From NCBI GenBank assembly GCA_043228905.1, contig JBHGNT010000006.1:8556001-8620000 (forward strand): a stretch of 64,000 bases of DNA. Reading direction: 5' to 3'. The notes below the pieces were generated by a model. That model was given only the letters and a program-made list of their open reading frames with translations. It did no database searches and had not been told where the DNA came from. Within the stretch, counting starts at the first letter, position 1, and every line of letters begins with the position of its first letter. This DNA is from Azolla caroliniana (taxonomy: Eukaryota; Plantae; Polypodiophyta). The translations under genes and the position numbers were made by a program. Shown in pieces: positions 14,930-34,200 of the stretch.

Positions 14930-17900
14930 TGTTGAGAAGCAAGCTCAACAAAGGTATGTGATGCTTATTGAGAAATAAGCTATAGTAGCTATTAGCTAAT
15001 TAGCTACTAGTGGACATAAAGGTGAAACAACTACTTAGCTACAGACAACTAATTAGCTACTGGCAGCTCATTAGCTGCATATATAAGTCACTTATGTACT
15101 TAGGTAAAAAAAGTGTAGAAAAGTAGAAAAGTAGGAGAGTGAGAGTAGTGTCGAGAGTTGTAAGAACAGAAAACAGAAAACTGACGAGAGCGAGTTGAGC
15201 TCTACATGTAATGAAGTAGAAGCTTTTTGGATTGTGCAGAGGTAAGTCTCCTTCCCCTTCCCCTTTCTGTCTTGAGCACTGAATGATCTACCACATCACG
15301 ATCCGCTGTGCACACAAAAGAGCCGTAGCACATTCGTAACATGGTATCAGAGCAGAGTTGCTCGTAAAGAAGATTAGAACAATACAAAGATCTAAGAAGT
15401 TTGTTTCTGGTTGCTGATCTGAATCAGAGAGAGTTGTCTGTGAAGTTAACTCTAATTGAAAGAGAAAATGGCTGCAGAGAATGCAAGCCAAATAGTTACA
15501 GAAAAACTGGATAAAAACAATTTCCTGGAGTGGAAATTCAGAATGACAAACTTCCTTATGGGGAAAGGATATCGGGATTATATTGAAGGAGACCTAGAAG
15601 AGGCTCCAGAGATCCCTGACGAAAATGCATCTGCTGCACAGATTAAAGCATTTAAGGAATGGAACCAAGGGGCAAGAAAGGTATTGCATTGGTTGTTAGT
15701 TAGCATCTTAGATTCGATGCTTGGACACATACAAGATGCTATGCTTCCAAAAGAAGCTTGGGACAGTTTAGTAAAACTGTTTGCAGTGAATACAAAGGCA
15801 AGAAAGCTTCAGTTGAAGACTGAGCTAAATACCTTGGAAAAAGGTAAGATGTCAGTAAATGAGTATGCTCTGAAAATAAAGAGCATATGTGAATCACTTG
15901 CTTCTATTAATGTGAAGATAGAAGATGATGATAAGGTGGAAATATGCTTAAGGAGCTTAGGACCTCAATACAAGAGTTTCAAAACATCTATTCTCACAAG
16001 GGATAGTATCCCAAGTTTTCCAGATCTGGTTTCAATGCTTGTAGTAGAAGAAAGAAATCAAATGGATGATGTAAACAAAGGAAACTCAGAGAATGAGGGG
16101 CAAGCCCTCTACAATAGTGCTAGAAGAGGCCGAGGAAGAGGCCATGGAAGATTTGGTTTAGCGAGAACCAACAATATTAGTTATCAAGGAAGAGGACAAC
16201 AGGTTACAAGTGGAAGAAACAACATCAGAGGCAGGGGGAGTAATTGAGGAAGAGGTAAGCAAACCTATTTGAATGATGATGGCTGCTGGTATTGTGGAAA
16301 ACCAGGCCATACACAGGCTGAATGTTATAAAAAGAAAAATGATGAAAAAAGAGGGAAGAGACAACAAAATAATTATGCCTCAACCAGTGAAGACTGTGAT
16401 AAAGATGGTGCATTTATGGTGCAACATGAAACAAAAACAATGGCTGAATGTTCATAGAGATGTAATGAAGAGTTTATGTGGTATGTAGATTCTGGGCATC
16501 TAATCATATGACAGGACATAAAAATTGGTTTGAAAGTCTAAGAGAACCAGAGATTCCTGGTTATGTACAGACAAGTGATAATACTACTCACCAAATAGAG
16601 CATGTTGGAGATATCCCATTGTGGGAAGAAAAAGGAAAAACAAAGTATATGCTAAATGTGATGCATGTTCCAAACCTTGCAAAAAATCTGATTTTTGTTT
16701 GACAAATAGTAGAGTAAGGAATGCAGATTAAGTTTAAGCAAAGTGGATGCTTTATAGAGAAAAATGGAAAGCTCATTGCAAAAGGGAAACGACAAGGGAG
16801 AATGTTTATTTTGGATGTGGATATGCCAAAAAAGATTACAACCATGTTTGCAGAAGGAATGAGTGTAATCTTAGATGTGGAAATGTGGCATAAAAGAATC
16901 GGTCACATAAGCATGCAAACTTTGAAAAATATGTTGAGGAAAAATGCAGTGGCTGGACTGCCTAAGCTCAAAGATTGTGAGATGAGAAAAATATGTGAAG
17001 CATGCCAATATGGAAAGAAAAACAGGTTGCCTTTCCCTCATGAAAGACATGTAAGCCAAAATTTGTTGGATTTGGTACATATAGATGTATGGGAACCAAC
17101 AAAAAATGCATCAATTAGTGGATGTAAGTTTTATGTAACTTTCATTGATGATTGCTCAAGGAAAACATGGGTTTACTTCATGAAAGAAAAAAGTGAAGTA
17201 TTTGATTGTTTTCGTAAGTTTAAATGCATGGTAGAAAAGCAGGTTGGAACTAAAATAAAGTGTTTAAGATCTGATGGAGGAGGAGAATACTTCTCAAATG
17301 AGTTTTCTGAGTTTCTATGTAATCAAGGTATAAGGAGACAATTTACATGTAGATATACTCCACAACAAAATGGAGTTGCTGAGAGGAAAAACAAAACCTT
17401 GGTGAACATAGCAAGAGCCTTAATGATAGAAAAAAATATGCCATTGTATTACTGGGCTGAAGTTGTAAACATAGCAAACTACATTCTAAATTGGTGTATA
17501 ACATTTGGAGTACATGAGGTAACTCCTGAAGAATGTTTCTATGGCAGAAAGCCGAGTTTAGGGCACTTAAAAGTGTTTGGATGCCTTGCCTATGTTCATG
17601 TACCTGCTGAGGTGAGAAGTAAGCTTGATCCAAAAGCTGAAAAATGTATTTTTGTTGGATATTCAGAGGAGCAAAAAGGGTATAGATGCTATAACCTTTT
17701 GACAAAAAAGATTGCGGTAAGTCAGGATGTAATATTTGATGAGTTGGGCAGCTGGTTCAACCCAAAACAAAATGCAGAAACTAATGAAGATTATGAAAAT
17801 GAAGATAAGGATAAATCTGAAAATGTAAGAGATAACCATAGAGATGGAAACAATGTTGGACAACAAAGTTCCACATCAATGGAATGTATTGGACCATCTG

Positions 17901-20247
17901 GAAGCTCAGGTAGTAAATCTGAATCTAATGCATGGAGTGGAAAACATGCAAGACAAAAAATATGATGATAAAAAGGGAAAACAGAAGATGTCAGAGTATG
18001 AAATGCTTGATGATGGATCTAGAAACATGGAAGATGTAGATTCAGATACATCATTGGATGATGAGCTTGGTATAGGATCCCTGAAAATCCCTGGTATGGA
18101 AAGGGCAATGAAGGATGCAAATCAGAAACTGAGAAGATCAAATAAAGAGAAAAAGACTGTTGAAAGATTTGGTTATGACACATATATGGCTATGCATTAT
18201 GCATACATGTCTAAAGTGGTACAAGTCCTTGATCCAAACAACTTTGATGAAGCAAAAGCTGAGAAAAAATGGGTGAATGCAATGCAAGAAGAAATAGATG
18301 CATTGGCTGAAAACAGAACATGGGATTTGGTGAAGTTACCGAAAGGAAAAAATGTTGTAGGTTGCAAATGGGTCTACAAGATAAAGCATGATTCCAATGG
18401 AAATGTTAGTAGACATAAAGCAAGACTTGTGGAAAAGGGATATGCCCAGATGCATGGAATTGATTATGATGAAACATTTGCACCGGTTGCAAAGATGGCA
18501 ACATTGAGGACACTACTTGCTGTGAGTGTAGCCAAAAGATGGGTTTTGCACCATATGGATGTAAAAAATGCTTTTTTACATGGTAACTTGGAAGAAGAAG
18601 TGTATATGTGTCAACCACCAGGTTTTGAAGACAAGAAGCATCCAAAATATTTATGTAGGCTGAAAAAGGATCTCTATGGACTGAAACAAGCATCGAGAAC
18701 ATGGCATAGGGAACTTTCAGAATCTCTGAAAAAATTTGCTTTCAAAATGTCAAAGGCTGATCCTTCATTGTATATAAAAAGGATGAATAAGTGCATTGTT
18801 GTGATCTTAATATATGTTGATGATCTAATCATTGGAGGTGATTCTATGGAAGAGATAAGTAAGTTGAAGAAAAATCTGGAAATGCAATTTCAGATGAAGG
18901 ATTTGGGAGAGCTGAGATACTTTCTTGGCATTGAGATGATCCGATCTGAAAGTGGTATATACATGTTGCAAAAATAGTATGCAACAACTATGTTGAAGAA
19001 GTATGGTATGTTTGGATGCAAACCTATTGGTGTACCACTAGATAAGAACTGCAAATTGAGGGTTGATTTGGGAGCCAAAATAGAAGATGTAAACATGTAC
19101 AGGTCTATGGTGGGCAGCCTCATATATTTGACCATAACAAGACCTGATTTGAGTTATGCTGTTGGATTAGTCAGCCAGTTTATGCAACAACCAACAAAGC
19201 CACATTTGGACTGCATTAGAAGAATTTTGAGGTATGTAAAAGCTACTCAAAATTATGGACCGTTTTACAGGGCTGATTTGGACATAAAGCTGGAAGGATA
19301 TACAGATGTTGATTGGGCTGGAAGCCAAACTGACAGAAGATCCACAAGTGGCTATATGTTTACATTGGGAAGTGCAACTATTTCATGGAGTAGCAAGAAA
19401 CAAGCTACTATTGCACTATCAAGTACTGAAGTTGAATATAGAGGAGCTGCAATAACCACCTGTGAAGAGGTATGGATCAGAAGATTGCTTTCTGATTTGG
19501 GAGAATATATAGATGGTGCAGTCACAATTTTGTGTGACAATATGAGCAACATTCAGTTGGCAAAAAAAAATCCAGTGTTCCATGCAAGAACAAAGCACAT
19601 TGAAGTGCATTATCACTTTGTTAGAGAAAAAGTGATTGATGGAGAAGTGGATCTGCTGTATGTAAGTACAAATCAGCAAGTGGCTGATATTCTTACGAAG
19701 GGATTGAGTATGGAAAAACATACAGAGTTTAGAGACATGATGGGAGTTATAACCATCGGCATGGTAGTTGAAAAGCATGAAGAAAAGAAGATTGAAGATG
19801 ACCGCAAGAAAGAATAAGTTGAGCTTGAGGGGGAGTGTTGAGAAGCAAGCTCAACAAAGGTATGTGATGCTTATTGAGAAATAAGCTATAGTAGCTATTA
19901 TCGAATTAGCTACTAGTGGACATAAAGGTGAAACAACTATTTAGCTACAGACAACTAATTAGCTACTAGCAGCTAATTAGCTGCATATATAAGTCACTTA
20001 TGTACTTAGGTAAAAAAAGTGTAGAAAAGTAGAAAAGTAGGAGAGTGAGAGTAGTGTCGAGAGTTGTAAGAACAGAAAACAGAAAACTGACGAGAGTGAG
20101 TTGAGCTCTTCGTGTAATGAAGTAGAAGCTTTTTGGACTGTGTAGAGGTAAGTCTCCTTCCCCTTCCCCTTTCTGTCTTGAGCACTGAACGATCCAGCAC
20201 ATCACGATCCGTTGTGCACACATAAGAGCTGTAGCACCTTCGTAATA
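14930..20247 (+). mobile_element. Full-length Ty1/copia LTR retrotransposon with several stops and frameshifts
   Basis: 412-bp LTRs at 14930-15341 and 19836-20247; PBS TGGTATCAGAGC (15342-15353); PPT GAGGGGGAG (19827-19835); TSD GGGGG; domain order gag-PR-INT-RT-RH. Confidence 0.96.
15468..19817 (+). pseudogene. Copia gag-pol polyprotein, disrupted
   Basis: Gag (EKLDKNNFLEWK), zinc knuckle CWYCGKPGHTQAEC, integrase (LRSDGGGEY, TPQQNGVAE), RT (LIYVDDL) and RNase H (YTDVDWAG, HARTKHIEVHYHFVRE), split over several ORFs. Confidence 0.93.
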
Positions 20248-21353
20248 GGGGGCTGGCTCTTCCATCAGCACCCCAGAGGTCAGTTTCCCGGGAGCCCAGC
20301 TAACGATGTTGTGTCAGCCATAGTTATTTGGGCTTGTTGCTTGTGAGACATGTCCATAATTGTCGTAGTAGAAGCACTTTGGGCACCCTTGGCCATCGCG
20401 ATTGGGAAGGTTGCAGCGAGCCTATAGCTCGAGCATAATAGGATCGGCACGAACAAGGAATTGATTTAGGCAAACACCAAATTGGCCTACTAGTTCGTGT
20501 GCTTGTTACTGCAATGTCTCGAGCTGTTGCAATGTTGTATGGGTGGAATGTTGATGGGCAAAGTTTTGCACGAGGAAATCTTGGAGGATTACCTAGTTCT
20601 CGATCACTTTGCTTGCTTGTTGTACGTACCAGGTGGCGGCGACATTTTTGAGCACGGTGCAAACTTCCAAAGCTTTGCGTACGTCGGACCATTGGTGGTA
20701 ACTGGGGATCATCTCAAAGTGGTCCAACCAAGCTAATACATCTTCAGAGGGCAAGCCGGAGACGGACTTTGGGCAGGCCTTGGAATTTGGTTGATCTTGA
20801 GGTCGTTTGTTGTTAGCGAAGAGAAAGGAGAGCATAGCTTGATTTGTGTGGTTGATTTGAAGCATGTTGAAGAATGGCGTTGGAGAGGACTTGCAAGAGT
20901 TGCTCCATTTGGAAGGGGGGTGGCCGCTCATGAGGTTGCGAGAACTTAGGTTGCATAGGGGTACCGGCTTCGGAGGCGAGGGGAGGGAGTCATGATGCCA
21001 TGAATGAGGTGTTAGCAGCTAAAATTCAACCCCCTTCTCCACTAATATGTGAAATACACATAAAGAGATCAAAATCAGCTTACTTAGCTTCTTACTTCTT
21101 GCGCAATTTATAGTCGATACAAAGGTACCCATTTGGGTTGGCTTAGCTACATGCATGCTAAAAAGGGTGCGCTAAAAGGGTGACACAAAGGAACACATCC
21201 ACACCACAATATTCTTGGGGCCATTTCTTATTCTCAAATATCGAGAATAGAATATCACGAATATCACATATGTGTCAATCTACGTGTGCAACATATACAA
21301 TAACATCTCGAATAACAATACAATCTTTCTAGAATTTTGCAATAGTTCTAATG

Positions 21354-23062
21354 AGAATTAGAGTTAGAATTAGAATTTTTATCGTCCATAAAGAGGCCAA
21401 TTTTGACCTATGGGACCAAAGTATACATGTGTTCTTGATATATGTCTCCTTCCTAAGAAGGGGTATTCATATGTTGAAGCACAAAGTCTCTATGTGTTAA
21501 TAAAGCATACACATATGAGCTCAACCTTCTAGGTAGTGTCTTAAGTATGGATCTTAAGTTATCACTCCCTCTTAGTATGTCAACATATCTTGAACGAATT
21601 GCACTATATGTCGAGCATGTGAAGAGCAAGTGACATTCATCCTCTACCATGCCTTCATTGCATACTTTACATGTCTTCAAATTCGTTACATTTTGATACC
21701 ATGATGCAACTTCAATACCTAACTTGTGAGATCGAGTGCGAAGTAGTGTAAGGGCTCTACGAGCATTGCTACTCATATTGGTAATGAGATAAGGTTGGAT
21801 ACGATCGATAGATATTCTTGCTTTATATTGAGACCAACATTCAGGGTTGACATTTGCAATGTAGTATTCTAGCTTTGTCCTCTTAGCATCCTCCCACTTC
21901 ATCCTTAATGATTCCGCCACCTTTCCTCAATCATTACATATTGCATAACTTTGCTTGAAAGCTCTAAAAGATCATCCACACCCCATCTTCTAAACCATTT
22001 CTTTATGTCAACAACCCAACTAGATGAGAGAATCTTACTTTTATGATTCTTTTGTAGCTTACATCCAACATTCCAAGAAAGATGTGGTAACCGATGATTC
22101 GGCATATTCTTGACTTTTGCAATGTATTTATATACTCTTTGGAGTGCCAATAGTTCTATGGGTTGAACACTTGTTTCCAAGAGCATAACCTGGTAAGAGG
22201 CAGTGCATTTAACTCCTAATTGCCTCCTTACAAACATCTTTTGAATTTTCTCAATCTCGTTCCATGCATTAAGAGAGATGGTGCCACCCCATACTTCTAC
22301 TCCATAAAGCAATACTTGAGTTACCATGGCATTGAACAACATTAATTTTACTTCCCATCCACAAGTATCACTTTGATTGCATTGGTTCTCCAAAAGGTAA
22401 TATGATTTCCAACCGGCTTGGAGTCTAGAATCAAAGCATGCACTCCATTTATTTGTGGCGGGTACATCAATACCAAGATATTTAAAGCTTTTAACAAATT
22501 GTATATGTTCACCTTTATATGTGAGCATAGGGTAATGATGAGGTTGGATGGTTTGCACTACCATCATTTTTGTTTTCCCCACATTCACTGCTAGTCCACT
22601 ACTATGGCAAAATTCTTCTAATACCCCAAGTAAATGTTGCATACTATCAACATCATATGAGAAGAGTACCACATCATCTGCATATAGAAGCAATAAGATA
22701 ACATGTTGCATCAAATTGGGGTCATTCCATCCTTCTTCTCTTGCAACCTTATTCACCACTTCTTCTAATTTATTGATACATAAGCCAAAGAGTGTGGGTG
22801 ATAGTGGACATCCTTGCTTGACCCCCATGTTACTTAAAAAGCTCTTTGAGAATCCATTATCCATTTTTAGTTGGCATTTAACTTGTTCATATAGGCGTGC
22901 AACCGCAACTCGGTACTCTAATGGCATGTCAATATCTACCATTCTATTCCAAAGCTCACTTTGTGGTACAGTATCAAAAGCTTTCTTGAAATCAACAAAA
23001 CAACAATAAAGTGTTTTTCCTTGTAGTTGACTCTCTTCCATGATTACTCTTAATGTGACCAA
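21354..23062 (-). mobile_element. 5'-truncated non-LTR retrotransposon (LINE, RTE/RTEX-like)
   Basis: RT motifs FVDFKKAFD, GVKQGCPLSP, LLYADD and FKYLG (21905-23062). A frameshifted C-terminus carries a CxxC..EDExH..xC zinc motif (21453-21920). The 3' tail is (TTCTAA)n-like repeats rather than poly(A). The clade call is inference. Confidence 0.88.
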
Positions 23063-24047
23063 ACCCTAGAGAGAGAGAGAGGGAGAGAACTCAGTTGTTA
23101 AGGTTGCCAATGGAGACCAAGAGGTCATGGATTCAACCCCTAAATTTCACATAATAAATCAAGAGATAGGTTTGTGCCCGTAAGTGACGGCGATGAAGAT
23201 GGTGACGGTGACAACAATGACGGTTTCGATGATAAAGAAGGTAAAATGTAGCCTATCTACAAGTTGCATGATGGAACGTGGTGCGAGTCTCATCATATCC
23301 TAGAGGTAATCCTGTGCATGTATCTCACTCGTACCATTCGGTACACCCCCTGATGGACTATGTACTGCTAATAAAACATGACTATGTGTGAGTTGTAGCC
23401 TTCGGGTGAGCCAAAGATAAAAAATACTAAAGTAGTATAAACAAATAAGAAAAAAGAAAAGAAAAAAGAGATATGTTACGAGTGTGAACTAAAAAGTATG
23501 GATGCAATGATTTGGATGGATGGGCTCTAACATTTATCAACATGCATAGTTTCCCAATTCAATGAAATATATGGTTTTATAGTTAGTGCAACAATATGCG
23601 GTATAATGTGTGAAGTGTGTGCTTGCACATTCTCCCCATGCCATGATACATTAGCGAGGAATCTATTGATGTATCATGAAACGAGTGTAATGTGTTCTAT
23701 CTTCCAAACAAATTTTTAATGCCTTGCATCCAAATAAAACACAAACTTTTGTTTGTTTATGGCTTTTAAATGTTTTTGATTTCTTCCCATGAGATTCTAA
23801 AAGAGTCAATGGACTTTTTTGAACCTTAAGCATCTACTCCAAAACCCTTTCAAAATGTAGGAGGGTGTGTGGAGTTTGTTTCTTGCCTTGAAGAAATATT
23901 TTCAAAACATTTAGACATTTTTTAAACTCTTCCCATGAGAAATTTGGGTTGGTACCACACCATATTTCTATAGGCACATGTGTCACCAAAGTTTCAAAAA
24001 AGTATTTCTTAAGAGCCCAACATTTAATCTCTATACCATCGCATATG

Positions 24048-24145
24048 CTCTAAACTACATCTTAATCTCTCTTTTCATCTATGATTTCATCTAAACTACA
24101 TCTTAATCTCTCTCTTCATCTATGCTTTCATCTAAACTACATCTT
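24048..24145. repeat. ~40-bp tandem repeat, about 2.5 copies
   Basis: TCTAAACTACA... unit recurs three times. Confidence 0.7.
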
Positions 24146-24833
24146 TATATCTCTCTTTTCTTAAGCCCATAGTGTTTAAAGGTTTCTAAGGTTTCACTAA
24201 CTCATTATTGTACATAATATACGGTTTATACTTACTTTGGCTCCTCATAAGCAATTGTCCTTGTTTTAGAGCAACCAACACTCAAGTTAATATTTTCATA
24301 CAAAATTCTTCCTCTTAAACTCAACTTTGTCATATGGTGGGCCAATGAAGTTTCTAAATGACAAGAACCAAAGACTTAAATGTGACTCCAATTTCAGCCT
24401 ATTTAATCATTTCTCACTTATATATGCTTGACATACTACCATTGCAAAGTACACAATAAAAACAAAAGCATTGGATTTAAAATAAGTGTAGAAGAAATGT
24501 ATTACAAGAGTCCTTTGCTTGGGAAGAATTGCACCCCTTAGCAAAAAATAACAGTAAGTTAAGAATATATAATTGAAAACTTCAACTCAAACAAGCCTAA
24601 GCGAAGGCATGTGGGATATAATAAAAATGAGAGTTTCGCCACTGATCCCCAATTTGATGGTGGCTTTTTTATGAATTTTGATGGGAAGAATGATGCCTCT
24701 GGTGCAATCAAAATACCAGGAAAAAATGAACCTGCAAGAATGTAAAAAATCAGAAGTAAAGTGAATCTGTACATCTTTTCATGTGGGATTAAATAAGATC
24801 ATCTCCAAAGAGACCAGATCATGTGAGACCACA

Positions 24834-31217
<6,384 letters not shown>

Positions 31218-34200
31218 GGGAGGAAGAGGAAGAAACTGTTACAAGATAAGGTCAGAAGAAGAAGAAGAAGAAGAAGAAGATTAGGTTAGAATGAACGTGG
31301 CGATGGCGATGGCGATTCCTTCTTCTTTGAATCTCAGAAGACGTCTTGTGGTGTTGATATGCGTGGCTCTGTGTTTACATATAAATGAAATATATGTCTG
31401 TCACAGTCAGCAGCTGAAGCGCAGAAGAAGAAGAAGAAAACAAATACGAATATATATATATATATATATATTATAAATAAATAAATAGATAAATCTCATG
31501 TGTTTTTATTTATTTATATTGGGATTCTTTTCCGTCGTTTTTGTTTTTGTTTTTTTTGAATATTTATGTATTTATTCAAAAAGAAAATAAAGAAGACAAA
31601 AAAAGAAGAAGATTTCCGTCGTTTTTTTTAATATATATTTTATTTATTGTGGCAAGACAAAAAAAGGAAAAAAAAGGATGCACATTTTTTATTCATGCTC
31701 TTCTATTATTAATAATTATTATAATTATTATTATGATTATTATTACGATTACTATTATGATTATTATTATTATTAACGTAATGAGTATTATAATTTGCTG
31801 AGTTTTATTTGCATTTTCTTCGTGTTGTTCCGTTTTTAGGGCAGAAAAAAAATACTGGTGTGCTGCTGTCTGTCTGTTGTAGTGTGTGGTGTGTGTGAAC
31901 GTGAAAAGGCACTTCTTCCGAAGAAGTAGAGAGGAGAGGGGGCCGGCAAGCGCCCATTTCAGGAGGGCTGCCTATATATACATACATACATACTGTGTGA
32001 ACCCGCCCCTCCCGTCGATTTGGTGTGAACGAACCCTTAGAGAAAAACCAACCAAAAAGGTCCTCTCCTCTCAGGTCTGGTGGCAGTGTGAAAAGGCCCC
32101 CCCCCCCCCCCCCCATGGAAAATCAACTCTCCTCCTCCTAACCAACCAACCAACCAACCAAAAACACTTGATAGATAGATATTTTGCTTTTATTTCCTCT
32201 ATAATCGTGCCCCTGATTCATCTCTTCCCCCCACCCAATAATCAAGCTCAGACTTCTTCTATCAAGTACACAATTATTTTAATTGTATGAAAAATCCACA
32301 TATATCAACCTCACCCTTCTCCCTCTCTCCTTAAACTTTGATCCTCCTACCTTCTCCTTCTTAATTGTACCATCCTCACCTTCTACATTTATGAACTTAT
32401 CAAGCCATGCCCATTACCATTCCCTACTCATGAGGAGGTGGTGACAGAAGCATCTCTTCCTCCTACTCCTCCTACCTACCTAGTCTTCACACTTACGGAG
32501 GACATCGCAAATCCCACACCCAAGTTGACACTCAATGCCACTGAGGTGTTTATCAATCATGCCCTTGTGTTAAGTCACTCTCACTCCTAGTAAAACAACC
32601 CTCGTTCTGTACCACAATTCATTGTTTGCTGATGGTCAAAAAAGAAATTTTACAAAACGAATTCCACACAAATTGAAGTACATAAGAGGCCATGTTTGTT
32701 GAGCAACATACAATGGAACAGAAGCAAAATAGAACAAGTCATATCTTAAACTTTGATCAATGAAATTCTTAAATTTGTGTGTGTGTGTGTGTAGATCACA
32801 GAATGGTAGTCATATAACTTACTAGCAATTGATGGTCTATGGAGCCTACCACGTCGATTGTTCCTCTACATTCTGTGTTGATAGGACACACCAAATAATA
32901 ATCGCGGTCATCTCCTCCTTATGCCACATTAGCGCCAGGGATAATCCATTGCAACAAACTCGAATGTTTATTGAACTCAACCGAATTGTGTTACACACTT
33001 ATTTATTATTTGTATTAAGTTCGCACAATGGGCAATCATAATGTCTGGGCATAACCCAAATGCATGAGTTAACTTGATTTTCAAGTAGAATTTAAGATGT
33101 TGGATGGCTAAGTTTCCATATGTTCAATAGGGTGTCGCATTTTCATACTTCTTTGCTTAACTTTGAGATGATATGAGAATGAACGTGCGTGCTAAATGTT
33201 GACATGCTTGTATGGTCAAATATCTAATTTATCTTTAGCGATATTAAATTGATCTAGTTGTGGCCATCATCCAAACCACTCAATCAAGCATTCGATTTTG
33301 GGAAGTTGAACTAGGGCCCTGTTGGACTTGGGTTGAAGTTTAATTGACAAAGATCTGCATGCATGGAAGTGAAACCCATTCAAATGAAGTGAGCACAAAA
33401 TTGTAGAAAAACTAAAGCAACATTACGATAAATCTCTTTATGTGTCTAGTTGCGATTGTCAATTGTGAGTTTTGCAACTTATCTTGGAGTGTATATGTAT
33501 GTCCAAATACGATGTCACTAGCACATTGTGTATGCATGGTCTATCTATATCTACATATAAACCATGATAGTGGTAATTACAAAACTCTAGAACTTTCTTT
33601 GAGTAACTAGCACTAAAGCTTTGCAAGCCCCAAAAAAGCTTAGCCATTGCCACCTTTATGACAATATTGCAAGACTTGGAATCACGAATGGCAATGGAGG
33701 GTGTATAGATAGCTTATATTTAGAAAGAGCATCCCAACATGCCAATTAAATTGTATAACATTTTGTACACCATGGTTTCTTCACTCGAATTGAGATAGAA
33801 GGTGTGTCGACAAGGACCCAAGAGATAGAACACTAGAGGCCGTAAAGAATGTGCCTCCTGACTGACCAATCGGGTTCATCAAAGCCGGAAGAATGTTAAT
33901 GATGATCACGTCCCGTGACTCTTCTCCCCGAATTACTTAATGACTAGGGTTAAGAGTATACTTGACATCACAAATTTTAAGCATAACAAAATAAATACTA
34001 TGCATAAGCCCAAGACAGCAGTAGATGAAAAAGATGATAAATTGATAAGTTGTAAATACGAACAATGACTGATGGGCGATCATAATAATGAAGATTTAAG
34101 GGCTTAACAGTGGAGGATTAAAAAGAACAAAACTCTAAGAATGTCATACATATCGTATTAACATTCAATCGATAACTGTAAGTACCCACTCACATATACA

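Larger units (their letters stand above)
9594..21208 (-). mobile_element. Decayed Ty3/gypsy LTR retrotransposon C with short LTRs, interrupted by two copia elements
   Basis: LTRs 9594-9800 and 21048-21208 (TG..CA); PPT AGGGGGGGAA (9801-9810); PBS-like TAGTGGAGAAGGGG (21031-21044); apparent 4-bp TSD ATAT. Remnants of gag (~20253-20993), RT (SLDLASGYY, ~13700-14490), RNase H (~13163-13600) and integrase (10054-10679 plus 12888-13215). Confidence 0.88.
9121..21284. mobile_element. hAT-type MITE copy 2, inverted relative to copy 1 and interrupted by an 11.6-kb retrotransposon nest
   Basis: TIR CATAGATTGACA (9121) and TGTCAATCTACG (ends 21284); 8-bp TSD TGTGCAAC (9113-9120, 21285-21292). Subterminal sequences match the reverse complement of copy 1, e.g. 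ATATTCTTGGGGCCATTT. Confidence 0.88.

Noticed and set aside
31291-32290. Poly-Ile, poly-Arg and poly-Pro ORFs upstream of the ATPase
   Set aside because: They are translations of (ATT)n, (GAA)n, (TA)n and poly-C tracts in the promoter and UTR region.
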